A program made the position numbers and the translations under genes. DNA of 64,000 nucleotides. Origin: Candidatus Omnitrophota bacterium (GTDB taxonomy: Bacteria; Omnitrophota; Omnitrophia; Omnitrophales; Aquincolibacteriaceae). Each line of letters starts with the position of its first letter. The stretch's first letter is position 1. The DNA lies in assembly GCA_903884815.1 (NCBI GenBank), contig CAISGE010000023.1:252-64251 (forward strand). Direction: 5' to 3'. Shown in pieces: positions 62,669 through 64,000 of this stretch. The notes beneath the pieces are model-generated. The model made no database searches, had not been told where the DNA came from, and saw nothing but the letters and a program-made list of their open reading frames with translations.

Positions 62669-63997
62669 CTATTTTTTTTCTTCCCCAAGCTCAAGCCAGG
62701 ATTTGACGATCGCCACAGGCATTTCTTTTCCCTCACCAAGTTTCTCTTTAGTACTGGCATCCGTAGCTTCTTTGATAGCTAAGAGATACGACTTGATCTC
62801 GTCAAGCTTGCCCTGGACAAGGCCTAAGTTCGAGGCATCGCCCGTTCCCATCTTTTTGAGCTGCTCGCCGATAAATCCAAGATCTTTTGCCTGATCGTTC
62901 GCCAGTGCCACAAGTTTGTTGACCAGGACTTCCGCTTTTTGATTCGTATCTTGTCCCTCTTTGGCGATAGAAGTCGAGAGCTCCTGAACTTTGGTAACAA
63001 GATCTTCGATGGATTTCATTCTTTCAGTAAGCGCCTTGCCATTGGATTTGCCTACGGTTTGCGCAATACTCGTTACGGTATTCAAAATGGCCGCCGTGGT
63101 AGACTCGATATCTGAGATTGTATTTGCCTTCCCTCCCAACGTCTTGATCGCGGCCCAGTCCATTTGTGCGGAACTTAAGGCCACCATCCCTCCCCAATTC
63201 ATCCCAGCCCTCGTCAGGGATTTCAAGTCATTCCAATTCGTTCCGCTTGTGCTCATCGCTGCGAGATCTTCCCAGTTCACGCCTGCTTCCGACAAAGCGC
63301 TCAGATCCGCCCAGTTAACCCCTGCATTTGTCAACAATGTCAGATCATCCCAATTCACACCCGCAGCCGCCAGCGCTGCAACTTTGGACCAGTTAACGCC
63401 GGCTTTGGAAAGCCCCTCAATATCTGCCCAATTAACACCGGACTTGGACAGCGCATCAATACCACTCCAATTAATATGTTGGCGAGACATAGCATTTATA
63501 TCAGCCCAAAGAACGCCCGACTTCGACAACACTGCGATGTCATCCCAGTTAACATGTCCATTCGCGATTTCCTGGATCTGGGCCTTCATAGTCCCAAGAT
63601 CCAGAGTTTGAAGTGAAGTCACAAGTGCCTGCATGGCATTCCCATCTAACCCCCCGAACGCCCCAGCGAGAGCGCCAATCTGCCCAAAGACCGTCGCGGC
63701 GCCCGCTGTATCCGTGGCAGCTCCGATTCGCATTCCGAGCGTCGCCACATCGGACCAATTGATGCCAGCCCTAGACTGACCGGAGATATCCGTCCAATTT
63801 ATCCCACTTCTTGTCATATTGGAGAGATCTCCCCAATTCACACCGGATTTTGACATTGATTCAAGATCGGCCCAATTCACGCCCCCGCGAGACAAGGCTT
63901 CAATACCATCCCAATTAACGCCCCCACGTGACAACGCCTCAATACCGTTCCAGTTTACTCCCGCCTTCGACAAGGCATCAACCCCCATCCAATTCAT
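62669..63997 (-). CDS. Repeat protein with more than 20 tandem 13-residue GVNWxD(L/I)xxLSxA repeats and a C-terminal coiled-coil domain
   Basis: Period 13 aa (LSKAGVNWNGIEA / LSRGGVNWDGIEA / LSRGGVNWADLES / MSKSGVNWGDLSN …). The ORF reaches the window edge, so the N-terminus is probably truncated by the window. Confidence 0.5.
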   Translation of the reverse strand: MNWMGVDALSKAGVNWNGIEALSRGGVNWDGIEALSRGGVNWADLESMSKSGVNWGDLSNMTRSGINWTDISGQSRAGINWSDVATLGMRIGAATDTAGAATVFGQIGALAGAFGGLDGNAMQALVTSLQTLDLGTMKAQIQEIANGHVNWDDIAVLSKSGVLWADINAMSRQHINWSGIDALSKSGVNWADIEGLSKAGVNWSKVAALAAAGVNWDDLTLLTNAGVNWADLSALSEAGVNWEDLAAMSTSGTNWNDLKSLTRAGMNWGGMVALSSAQMDWAAIKTLGGKANTISDIESTTAAILNTVTSIAQTVGKSNGKALTERMKSIEDLVTKVQELSTSIAKEGQDTNQKAEVLVNKLVALANDQAKDLGFIGEQLKKMGTGDASNLGLVQGKLDEIKSYLLAIKEATDASTKEKLGEGKEMPVAIVKSWLELGEEKK

Positions 63998-64000
63998 GCC

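Overview
This 64 kb window looks like a GC-rich (~55%) bacterial chromosome segment, plausibly from an uncultivated lineage; I cannot assign taxonomy from sequence alone. Nearly all real genes are on the minus strand. Contents from start to end:
(1) 198-8887: a type IV pilus assembly cluster (pilMN fusion, pilO, pilP-like, secretin pilQ, pilB, pilC).
(2) 9014-28071: housekeeping genes (leuCD, dinB, the uppS-cdsA-dxr-rseP-proS operon, purA, serA plus a class-V aminotransferase, tig-clpP) and a tandem pair of TMTC-like TPR membrane glycosyltransferase paralogs, each with a duplicated sigma70-like promoter.
(3) 28100-32811: five tRNA genes (Gly-GCC, Leu-TAG, Lys-CTT, Arg-TCG, Phe-GAA) interleaved with partial tRNA duplications and two copies of a ~150 bp hairpin-containing repeat element, plus a ydbH-like/ynbE/ydbL trio.
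(4) 34674-47154: a standalone type IV pilin gene and a protein-glycosylation neighbourhood (two GT2 enzymes, a GT-C-like membrane protein, and an STT3/PglB-family oligosaccharyltransferase carrying WWPPGY in place of WWDYG), together with a GspK-like pseudopilin.
(5) 47319-63997: a tightly packed minus-strand operon of at least 16 genes. It fuses a T2SS-like module (PilO, PilMN fusion, GspJ/I/G pseudopilins, GspF, and a GspE ATPase with a C-terminal PilZ domain; the adjacent standalone protein pairs a GspF-N-terminus-like segment with a paralogous PilZ) directly to a divergent F-type ATPase gene set in the order alpha, epsilon, c, b-delta fusion, gamma, beta. No a-subunit gene is present in the window. 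Upstream of the ATPase genes lie a secreted membrane-anchored protein with an internal duplication and a protein built of 13-residue GVNWxD repeats.
The F-type ATPase module co-transcribed with PilZ-decorated T2SS-like ATPase and platform genes is the most unusual feature and a candidate for a previously undescribed hybrid machine.
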